The position numbers were made by a program, and so were the translations under genes. Shown here piece after piece: positions 1 through 7,175 of a DNA stretch of 20,495 nucleotides (position 1 is the first letter of the stretch; each line of letters opens with the position of its first letter). Source of the stretch: an uncultured virus (IMG/VR IMGVR_UViG_2061766007_000740) (taxonomy: Duplodnaviria > Heunggongvirae > Uroviricota > Caudoviricetes). The notes under the pieces were generated by a model, which ran no database searches, was not told where the DNA came from, and worked only from the letters and a program-made list of their open reading frames with translations. The DNA lies in IMG/VR virus record IMGVR_UViG_2061766007_000740; one strand, written 5' to 3'.

Positions 1-50
1 AAACAGGAAGTCCGATATAGCGAAATATCGCAAATCAGACTTCGCTGTTT
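1..50. repeat. Long imperfect inverted repeat (hairpin)
   Basis: AAACAG(1-6)/CTGTTT(45-50) and GAAGTC(7-12)/GACTTC(38-43) flank an inner GCGA-AATA-TCGC. It folds slightly better on the minus strand (G-U pair) and may continue beyond the window edge. Confidence 0.7.
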
Positions 51-326
51 TAGGCTATCCATCCGATTTTGTCCTCATTTTCGTTAATACACCGATTATT
101 GTGTTGTGTATATATAGATCGTGAATTTTTTCAAGTAGAAAATACGATTTTGGTCCTTATAAAGGCGTTTTTAGGTTATGGTATAGTTTTAGTAGTAGGA
201 AAAGTGCAGTTTTTCTGGTAGTAAAGGTACAGTTTAAGTGTTGATATAGCGTATATGTGTGAATCAGTAGATATAAGTTAGATTTTTTCGGCAAAAAATT
301 TGCCTTCGGCAAGTATATAAAGCGGA

Positions 327-354
327 CCACACCCGGCTTCCCAGTCGGATGTGG
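327..354. repeat. GC-rich hairpin in AT-rich non-coding DNA
   Basis: CCACA-C-CCGGCT-TCCC-AGTCGG-A-TGTGG forms an approximately 12-bp stem with one mismatch. Confidence 0.65.
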
Positions 355-396
355 CTAATTATGTCACGTCTTAACAAAAAGCTGTTAAAGACGGTG

Positions 397-428
397 CAAA
401 GGTAGTAATAAATTTTTGGATGTGCAAG
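397..428 (-). promoter_or_regulatory. Leftward Bacteroidota-type promoter
   Basis: Minus strand CTTG (428-425), 20-nt spacer, TACCTTTG (404-397). Confidence 0.7.
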
Positions 429-533
429 TTTTTCGTCAGATTTTTTGAATTTTGATGTTAAAAAGTGTGTATTTAGTAGGGTGAGCGGGTGATTTTAGTG
501 TTTTTTGTGCATTTTGGAGGATGTTAGATAATT

Positions 534-566
534 CTTGCGTGTATAGTTGATAAGCAGTACTTTTGC
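534..566 (+). promoter_or_regulatory. Rightward promoter of the head-tail operon
   Basis: CTTG (534-537), 20-nt spacer, TACTTTTG (558-565), 37 nt before the scaffold ATG. The spacer carries the shared late motif. Confidence 0.8.
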
Positions 567-602
567 GGCGGAAATCACAACACAAACCAAATTTTTGACA
601 TT

Positions 603-1286
603 ATGAAAGAAAAGATTCTTGCTGCGTTGACAGCGATTAGTGGACAGTACAACTTGCCGAAGGAGCAGTTGGAGAAGATTGCGGCTCTTGCGCCGTCTGA
701 TTTGGCTGAGGACAAGATCAATTCTTGGGCTGAGTCGATGAAAGGCACGATGTCCTTGATGCAGTCTTATGCGGATTCTCGCGTTACGGGTTCGACGAAG
801 GACCTGGAGGCGGCTCGCAAAGAGATTGAGGACTTGAAGAAAAAGGTGGAGGAAGCCGGAAAACAGCAACCTACCGTATCTGCTGATTTGAAAGAGGCAC
901 TGGGTGCTATGAAGAAGGAGTTAGAGGATGGCTTCAATGCCAGACTCGCAGAGATCACGAAACAGAACAAGGATTTGCAGGATCAGGCTAACGCCACTGC
1001 AGCGGCTGAAAAAGAGCGTCAGTTCTTGGAAATTAAGAAACGTGTAGCCAAGGAACTGGGCTTGACGGACAAAGCGCTGGAGTTAGTTGACGGTAAGTTG
1101 AACTCTGACATGGACGAAGCGAAGATCAACGAGGTTCTTTCGGCGCAAAAGAAAGCGCTGGTCGAACTTGGATTGAACTCAGTAGAGGCCAGTCATCTGT
1201 CGGAAGACCCGTCGGAGGCCGCAAAGACTCGTGCTAAAGCTTATCTCGACGAACTCGAAAAGAAACAGCAGCAGAAAGTCAACTAA
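603..1286 (+). CDS. Putative capsid scaffolding protein
   Basis: 227 aa, Ala/Glu/Lys-rich coiled-coil composition with DSRVT followed by a charged helix. First gene upstream of the decoration and capsid genes. Confidence 0.7.
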   Translation: MKEKILAALTAISGQYNLPKEQLEKIAALAPSDLAEDKINSWAESMKGTMSLMQSYADSRVTGSTKDLEAARKEIEDLKKKVEEAGKQQPTVSADLKEALGAMKKELEDGFNARLAEITKQNKDLQDQANATAAAEKERQFLEIKKRVAKELGLTDKALELVDGKLNSDMDEAKINEVLSAQKKALVELGLNSVEASHLSEDPSEAAKTRAKAYLDELEKKQQQKVN

Positions 1287-1314
1287 TAGTTTAACAACGT
1301 AAACAATCACATTT

Positions 1315-1920
1315 ATGGCAGTAGTTTTTGAAAATACTGATGCTAACAAAAGAGTTTTCTGTTTCCATGAGGAGCCTGCAAAGCGCGACGTAATGGGTTA
1401 CACAGTCTCTGGCGTAGCAGAAGGTGATGTTATTCCGCAGGGTACACCCCTTGTTGTGAATGACAACGACACCAACGGAAAGAAGACCGCCGGCATCTGT
1501 AAGTATGCCCATATCACCAAAAAGACTTCGACCACGAAGTTCGAGGTGGACAATATCGGCTTCCTCAAGGTAGGCGATAAGATTTTCAAGTCCGGCCAGA
1601 ACAGTCCTACTCTCTCGACCATCAGCGCCATCAGTGGCAAAGAGATCACGCTGTCCGCAGCTAACTCTCAACTCGCAGTTGGCGATACCGTGTTAGAGGG
1701 TAAGGAAGAGAACAGCACTGTTGTTCCTGTATCTGTTCCGAACCGTATCGCAGCCCGTTCTCAGAAGATGACGGCTATCGACAAAACCATCTCGGCAACC
1801 CACCAGGCTCTTGTTATCAAGAACGTGCTGGATTATCCAGTAGAATGGCTCAATGAGACCACGTTCCCCGGCTCTTGCCTGCTCAAAGGTTGCCCGTTAA
1901 TCCTGTTTATTAACCAATAA
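1315..1920 (+). CDS. Putative head decoration/cement protein
   Basis: 201 aa, beta-rich, N-terminal 'GDVIPQGTPLV' pattern typical of decoration proteins. Lies between scaffold and capsid. Confidence 0.6.
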   Translation: MAVVFENTDANKRVFCFHEEPAKRDVMGYTVSGVAEGDVIPQGTPLVVNDNDTNGKKTAGICKYAHITKKTSTTKFEVDNIGFLKVGDKIFKSGQNSPTLSTISAISGKEITLSAANSQLAVGDTVLEGKEENSTVVPVSVPNRIAARSQKMTAIDKTISATHQALVIKNVLDYPVEWLNETTFPGSCLLKGCPLILFINQ

Positions 1921-1934
1921 TGGAGGACTGAATT

Positions 1935-3089
1935 ATGCCAGAAGAAAGTTTTTTGAGTAGCCTTTTGTATCAAGAGGCCGTAGAGGAAATCCGCTTCCGT
2001 ATGGAGGGCGCTTCCGAGCGTAATATAGCTCTGTTTGGTCAGACATGGTTTAGCAAGCACTTCACCATGGCAGAAAACGCCCGTACAGAAAGTTCCTTCT
2101 CCTCTATCCTTGGTCAGTTGCACGCAGCTCCCGCAGCTTCCACCATTAACCAATTCTCGGCTCGGCCTATCCGTAGCCTTGAGGGCTTTGGTAAGAAAGC
2201 ATACGAGATGCTGACCGCTGCACACACCTACAAGCTGGAGGCAGAAGACCTTCGCGACATTGCGCAGTTCATGCGTATGTGGCCTGCGGCTAAAGACCGT
2301 CAGAAGGTACTCAACTACATCATCAATAAGTTGATGAATGTACGCGAGAAAGCCATCAAGGGTGTGCAAGAGCATATCGACATCCGTACACTTACCTTGC
2401 TGTCCAATGACGGTAAGTTCCTGTTCACCGAGACCAACGACCCGGGTTCGCCGTATATCGGCACCGAGATTGATTTCGGATTCGATCCGGATCATGCCGC
2501 TAAGGTAGCAACCGCAAGCGACAAGTGGACTGACGCGAATGCTTCTACAGTCAATGTACTGGAAGACCTGCTCGCTATCTGTGACCAAGCAGAAGGCAAC
2601 GGATATTCCTTCGAGAAGATTCTGTTGCGCCGTGAGCAGCTGATGTACATGTTGACCACCGCGAAGCTGAAACTGTACATCAACGGTACAGACAACGCTT
2701 CAAAGCCTATCACGCTGGATGACATCAACACCTTCTTCGCGAAGTATGACATTCCGCCTTTCGAGGTTGTACGCCATATCTCCGAGACGGAGGCTAAGGG
2801 AGGAAAGGTACGCAACCGCTTCCAGCCGTGGAAAGAAGGTAAACTCCTGTTCGTTCCGAGCAACAACTTCGGTACGATTGAGCACCTTATGACCGATGCA
2901 GACCTCGTTGGTAAAGACAAAGGCGTTGAATACGCTAAGTTCAACCACATCGAGGTTACCAACTGGGAGCAAGGTATCAAGGAGAATACCAACCACACGG
3001 AGTTCGTATCGGCAGGCTTGACCTATTCGCCGGTAGTGGACACCATCAAGGACATGTGGTCGCTGGATGTATTAACGTCAAAAGCGTAA
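1935..3089 (+). CDS. Major capsid protein (HK97 fold, capsid-E-like)
   Basis: 384 aa with strongly biased C-ending codons. Segments 'IDFGF..H....KW......V.EDL' and 'PWKEGKLLFVP' resemble capsid-E-type proteins. Synteny agrees. Confidence 0.85.
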   Translation: MPEESFLSSLLYQEAVEEIRFRMEGASERNIALFGQTWFSKHFTMAENARTESSFSSILGQLHAAPAASTINQFSARPIRSLEGFGKKAYEMLTAAHTYKLEAEDLRDIAQFMRMWPAAKDRQKVLNYIINKLMNVREKAIKGVQEHIDIRTLTLLSNDGKFLFTETNDPGSPYIGTEIDFGFDPDHAAKVATASDKWTDANASTVNVLEDLLAICDQAEGNGYSFEKILLRREQLMYMLTTAKLKLYINGTDNASKPITLDDINTFFAKYDIPPFEVVRHISETEAKGGKVRNRFQPWKEGKLLFVPSNNFGTIEHLMTDADLVGKDKGVEYAKFNHIEVTNWEQGIKENTNHTEFVSAGLTYSPVVDTIKDMWSLDVLTSKA

Positions 3090-3091
3090 TC

Positions 3092-3421
3092 ATGGCAGCA
3101 ACGAGCATGACCATACGACAAGCGTTGGCGGCAGCAATGTCGCCATACGCTCTGCCGAAGGCAACCGTTGAACTCCTGCTAATCGAGCAGGGGTTTGACG
3201 GGGATGCTAACTATACCGCGCAGACCGATCGCAAGACGTTCTACAAGGCGGTAGTGGACGGCCTGTGGAAAGTAATCACTCTGGAGAAGGAGAAAGACCC
3301 CGGAACAGAGAACGCTTACGACACAGACAAAGTGTATGACCTCATCAAGAAGTACTGCAAAGAGTACGAACTGGAGGACCCATTGGATTATGAGTTCATC
3401 AACAGAACAGACGAGTGGTAA
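3092..3421 (+). CDS. Putative head-tail connector/adaptor
   Basis: 109 aa helical protein directly after the capsid gene. Start moved from 3056 to the ATG at 3092, 2 nt after the capsid stop; the Met at 3107 is also possible. Confidence 0.6.
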   Translation: MAATSMTIRQALAAAMSPYALPKATVELLLIEQGFDGDANYTAQTDRKTFYKAVVDGLWKVITLEKEKDPGTENAYDTDKVYDLIKKYCKEYELEDPLDYEFINRTDEW

Positions 3422-3789
3422 TGAATAGATTCTGCGATTATATTAAGTTCTACCGTAAGAAGGGTAATATATACGACCCTTTTGCCAATAGAACGTCCCC
3501 TCCGCCTGATGCCGATCCGAACGGTATCTACTCTGAACTGGTGTGGGAAGGTGCATGTAAGGGCGAGACGACATCGCAGAACTCTATGATCTCGGTCTCT
3601 GACCGGATGACCATTACCATCTATATCAACGAAAACAATGTGCAAGTAGATAACCGCGATATAGCATTCTTCCAAACCAATAGCGAGGGCGATGCTATCA
3701 AACTGACAATACTGGAAGTTAAGCGCTACGAGCACAACACCATAGTGAAAGCAATGCACTTGAAGGATGGCGACAACAAGGAAGTTTAA
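3421..3789 (+). CDS. Putative head closure (stopper) protein
   Basis: 122 aa beta-rich protein, coupled by a TAATG overlap at 3419-3423. Position within the neck cluster. Confidence 0.5.
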   Translation: MNRFCDYIKFYRKKGNIYDPFANRTSPPPDADPNGIYSELVWEGACKGETTSQNSMISVSDRMTITIYINENNVQVDNRDIAFFQTNSEGDAIKLTILEVKRYEHNTIVKAMHLKDGDNKEV

Positions 3790-4510
3790 GACAGCTCGAA
3801 ACAACCAGGCTATCAACGCCTTCTTGGACTTGGTGGTCGGCTCGGTACAAGTCGGCTCGCTTAATGCGATGCAGAAGATTGCCAATCGAGGCATACAGAC
3901 CCTCGTGAAGCATGTGGCTACGTTCGGCGACTACACAGGTGAGATGATTAACTCCTATCAAGCGGCTATCCTTAAAAACGGCAAGTTGCCCCATGGCGGT
4001 TCATTCACAATGAGCGGACAGTTATCCGGAGCATCTACATATGAGAGCACGTTCCGTGGACCGAGAGGTGATGTTCGATTGATCACATCTTTAGGCAAAG
4101 CGCATAACGCTATCTCCTATGCGAGAGCAACCAAGCCGGGTATCAGTCCGAAGACTGGGAAGGAGATTCAGAAGAAGACCAACTCTATCGCATTGAGGGA
4201 CGATCCGACCAGAAGGGTGAATCCGAACGTAAGTCCGACCATCAAAATGCCGAAAACGAAGCATTATCAAGGTTATGGGCGTGACATAACGGACTTGCGG
4301 ACATACTCTCCACGAATGAAAGTGGGCATTGAGGTTGTATTCAATAACCCGACACCGTATGCACAACATGTCATGGAGAACAATGAAGGCAGTCACGTTA
4401 TGCCGCTCGGAGAAGCAAGTGTTATTGTACCGCACGGAGCGCTGTTTACACTGACAGATGCCGAGATACACAAGGTTATACAGAGAGCAAAAAGATACAA
4501 GAGAAGATAA
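3767..4510 (+). CDS. Putative neck/tail-completion protein (HK97 gp10-like)
   Basis: 247 aa, basic. 'DYTGEMINSY' and 'NPTPYAQHV' resemble the D.TG.L..S and N...YA..VE motifs of this family. Contains a long basic central insertion. Confidence 0.55.
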   Translation: MATTRKFKTARNNQAINAFLDLVVGSVQVGSLNAMQKIANRGIQTLVKHVATFGDYTGEMINSYQAAILKNGKLPHGGSFTMSGQLSGASTYESTFRGPRGDVRLITSLGKAHNAISYARATKPGISPKTGKEIQKKTNSIALRDDPTRRVNPNVSPTIKMPKTKHYQGYGRDITDLRTYSPRMKVGIEVVFNNPTPYAQHVMENNEGSHVMPLGEASVIVPHGALFTLTDAEIHKVIQRAKRYKRR

Positions 4511-4896
4511 TGGAAGAAGGAGTATTAAAATTCTTGTTCGAGTACATCAAGAGCCTGAATATACAGGACTGCGATGTATATCTGAATCGCCCGACTATCG
4601 TTGGCGACTTTGAGGAGAGAGAGCAGTCCTACGTGATCATCTCCTTCCCTCATGGGTTTGATTATCTTGATGCTTTCTCCAGAGCAGAAGGTATGATCAC
4701 TATCGGGGCGAGAGACCAGATAATCGGTCTGCCTTTCTCTGGTGAGATAACCCGTATCTCAAGCATTCTCCGTGGAATGTTCCCTCTTATTACCGAAGAC
4801 TATTCGTTGTTGGACTTTGAGTTCTCATCGGATGCTTCGGAGGGAACAGGATGGCATGAATACTACTACACGTTTCAAATTTATATTAACAAGTAA
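4510..4896 (+). CDS. Putative tail terminator protein
   Basis: 128 aa acidic protein with a TAATG overlap, immediately before the major tail gene. Confidence 0.55.
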   Translation: MEEGVLKFLFEYIKSLNIQDCDVYLNRPTIVGDFEEREQSYVIISFPHGFDYLDAFSRAEGMITIGARDQIIGLPFSGEITRISSILRGMFPLITEDYSLLDFEFSSDASEGTGWHEYYYTFQIYINK

Positions 4897-4911
4897 AACA
4901 ACAAGCGACTT

Positions 4912-5547
4912 ATGGACAAACAAGTAAGAACAGCTAAAGCCTTAGTAGGCATTGACGAGGTACACTTCCTCAAGCATGTCTGTGGCGAACCGACCATCAC
5001 CCAGAACCTCATTGACGGTCTGGAAGCCGATGGCGTAACTCCGTTGAACCCTGGCTGGTTCTCTGTAGCGTCGGTAAGAGGCTCTGTTGAGGTTACTCAG
5101 GACCCGGTGTCGAAGACAGCTATCCATATCGACCAAAGCGATATGCCGGTAGGTATCTCGACCGAGCCTGGTGATTTCAACATCAACCTCAACATGCCGG
5201 ACCTCCGCGAGAACCTGTTCAAATGGCTCGACAGCAACAAAGACGACGCAGGTTACACCCCGCTTCGTATTGGCAACGCATCCGGTTATGGATTCGACTT
5301 CAACGCCGAACTCATCGACCTGGCTTGTGCTCTCAAGACGAAGACCGGAGAGTGGTTCATCTTCCCGTCGATCCAAGGTTCTGTTGCGCTGCAGCAGGTT
5401 GACAACGTGATGGTTCTGCACTTCGAGGGTATGGTTCTCGGTGCGGCTAACGAAGCTAACAACGACATCTACATCCTTTCCAACAAGGAGTGTAATGGCG
5501 GTGGCGGCGACGACGATCCGAGCGGCGACCCGAGCGGTGACGCATGA
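4912..5547 (+). CDS. Major tail (tube) protein
   Basis: 211 aa acidic, beta-rich, highly biased codons, between the neck genes and the chaperone. Ends in a GGGGDDDPSGDPSGDA linker and TGA. Confidence 0.8.
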   Translation: MDKQVRTAKALVGIDEVHFLKHVCGEPTITQNLIDGLEADGVTPLNPGWFSVASVRGSVEVTQDPVSKTAIHIDQSDMPVGISTEPGDFNINLNMPDLRENLFKWLDSNKDDAGYTPLRIGNASGYGFDFNAELIDLACALKTKTGEWFIFPSIQGSVALQQVDNVMVLHFEGMVLGAANEANNDIYILSNKECNGGGGDDDPSGDPSGDA

Positions 5548-6588
5548 AGAGGTCTGTCATTTGAGTTCAACAACTACCAAGGGAGCCGTACAGAAAAGGG
5601 TCCTGCGATAGAACTGCGAGATGGCACATTACTGACAGGTATTCATGGTAATTATACTAGCTATATCAAAGTAACACCTATCACAAGTAGTGGAGAGTCA
5701 ATTGGTAACGTAACAAAAGTGACGGCTGTGTCAAGTGATTCAACAGTCATGACAACAAGTGTCACTGAGTATAATACCGTTGGTATCTCAACAAAGAAAA
5801 AAGGTGAGGTCAGCATAACCATTAAGGCAGTAGATGAAGTCAATGGATATGAAGCATCGAAGACTCTTGTATTTAGAGTAATCGAGGCTGCCGATGCAGT
5901 AGATGTTGTTTCTGGAATAATAGAGCCAGATACTTCGACAATCAATAAAGGGCGTACAATCTATATAGATGGCTACTATCTCAAAAGCGTTGCTTTTAAG
6001 ATTAAGAGCGCTTACGAGGACGTCTTGATGTTGAAGAGATCAACTGGTGGTGATGGAGACGCAGATGTAAGTGTAACAGTGCAGGATGGATTGTATATTG
6101 TTACGAATACACGTCTAAGATCAGCTATACCACAGACATTCTTCTCGTTAGAAGGAATCAACGATTCGCCAACTATTGGCGCAGAACCTCAAGTTGGAGG
6201 CGTACATGTACTGTTTATAGAGGAAGATGGTGTTGATTATGAAATATACAACACATCAAGAAAAGTGACAACTCATCCGGCATCACCTGGTACGGAAGAT
6301 GGAGGAACAATGCAATTGTCTCTCAGCCAATACCAAGATGTGAATGTGTATGGAGTAATTTCAATAGAACCAGGCCTCCTTGTTGAAAAGCAGTATGTTG
6401 TATCAGAAGTTACATCTTCTGACAGTGCAGTTGCATTGGTCATGACAGAAGAAGCATCTGTATGGGGTAACCAACGTAGAATGCCGATAAAAATTCTATC
6501 TGCAGGTACAGCGACAATCACTCTTCGCGTGAGCGATGGTATGAATTACGACGCAACTTCAACAATAACATTGAATGTTGTCGAGTAA
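5548..6588 (+). CDS. Ig-like (Big_2-type) domain module, in frame with the major tail gene and probably expressed by recoding
   Basis: The frame is open from the codon after the TGA (5548) to TAA 6586-6588, giving 346 sense codons. It holds two repeats of an 'SSDS.V....G...IT.......Y.A..T....V.E' pattern. The ORF-track start at 5719 is a GTG inside the first repeat. Confidence 0.7.
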   Translation, partial: RGLSFEFNNYQGSRTEKGPAIELRDGTLLTGIHGNYTSYIKVTPITSSGESIGNVTKVTAVSSDSTVMTTSVTEYNTVGISTKKKGEVSITIKAVDEVNGYEASKTLVFRVIEAADAVDVVSGIIEPDTSTINKGRTIYIDGYYLKSVAFKIKSAYEDVLMLKRSTGGDGDADVSVTVQDGLYIVTNTRLRSAIPQTFFSLEGINDSPTIGAEPQVGGVHVLFIEEDGVDYEIYNTSRKVTTHPASPGTEDGGTMQLSLSQYQDVNVYGVISIEPGLLVEKQYVVSEVTSSDSAVALVMTEEASVWGNQRRMPIKILSAGTATITLRVSDGMNYDATSTITLNVVE

Positions 6589-6592
6589 TAAT

Positions 6593-6634
6593 AGCAAGGG
6601 GGCTGGGGAAAGCCCAGTACCCCTTGTTTCTTTT
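6593..6634 (+). terminator. Rho-independent terminator
   Basis: CAAGGGG-G-CTGGG (loop GAAAG) CCCAG-T-A-CCCCTTG, followed by TTTCTTTT. Confidence 0.8.
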
Positions 6635-6659
6635 ATCACAACACTAAAAAGCAAAAATC

Positions 6660-7175
6660 ATGGAAATAAAAGCACCAAAACAAGCGGACCACGAAGCGCA
6701 ACAAGTCCAACAGTCGATGATAGATGACAAGCCGACTATTGTTGAACTGTCGAATGGTAAGAAGGTTAAGATTGGTTGGTTAATGCCCGTTACGAACGAT
6801 AAGATTGATTCTATCGTAGTCGAGCATGACGAGATAGCCAAACTCCTTAATGAAGGTAAAATAGCCAAGGACAAGGCCAATAAGAAGACCCGTCAGCACT
6901 TCGCCAAGATAACGGCTGCTATTCTTCTCAACGACCAACTCAAACTGGCTTTATTCTGGTGGATCAAGTGGCGTATCATCTACTACCGGTGGAAGATAAC
7001 CGGCCAGGATCATGTCAATATCATGGCCGAAGCCAAAAAAAAAAGTCAGGAGCCGCAATACTTAGTGGCTATGGCATACTCGATGACTATGGCCGATATT
7101 TGGACGATGATGACGAAAAAAGAAGCCGAAGTATTCCTTCGCGAACTAAACTCGGCAAAAGGGCAGCAGCCATAG
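6660..7175 (+). CDS. Tail assembly chaperone (gpG-like)
   Basis: 171 aa gene after the major tail gene, with an overlapping -1 frame ORF and an A10 slippery run. Confidence 0.7.
   Translation: MEIKAPKQADHEAQQVQQSMIDDKPTIVELSNGKKVKIGWLMPVTNDKIDSIVVEHDEIAKLLNEGKIAKDKANKKTRQHFAKITAAILLNDQLKLALFWWIKWRIIYYRWKITGQDHVNIMAEAKKKSQEPQYLVAMAYSMTMADIWTMMTKKEAEVFLRELNSAKGQQP
7035..7070 (+). other. Candidate -1 frameshift signal: A10 run plus downstream hairpin
   Basis: GCC AAA AAA AAA AGT (A run 7035-7044), 6-nt spacer, then hairpin AGCCGC-AATACTTA-GTGGCT (7051-7070). Confidence 0.65.

Noticed and set aside
1..600. CRISPR array or tRNA in the left non-coding region
   Set aside because: Repeats are short, imperfect and irregularly spaced, and no cloverleaf with T-loop and D-loop consensus was found.
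5515..5541. Tandem 12-nt repeat GAYCCGAGCGGY
   Set aside because: It simply encodes the DPSG-DPSG linker and is covered under the readthrough finding.
5545..5600. Selenocysteine insertion at the in-frame UGA
   Set aside because: No convincing bacterial SECIS stem directly after the UGA, the position is a linker rather than a redox motif, and Sec machinery is uncommon in Bacteroidota.
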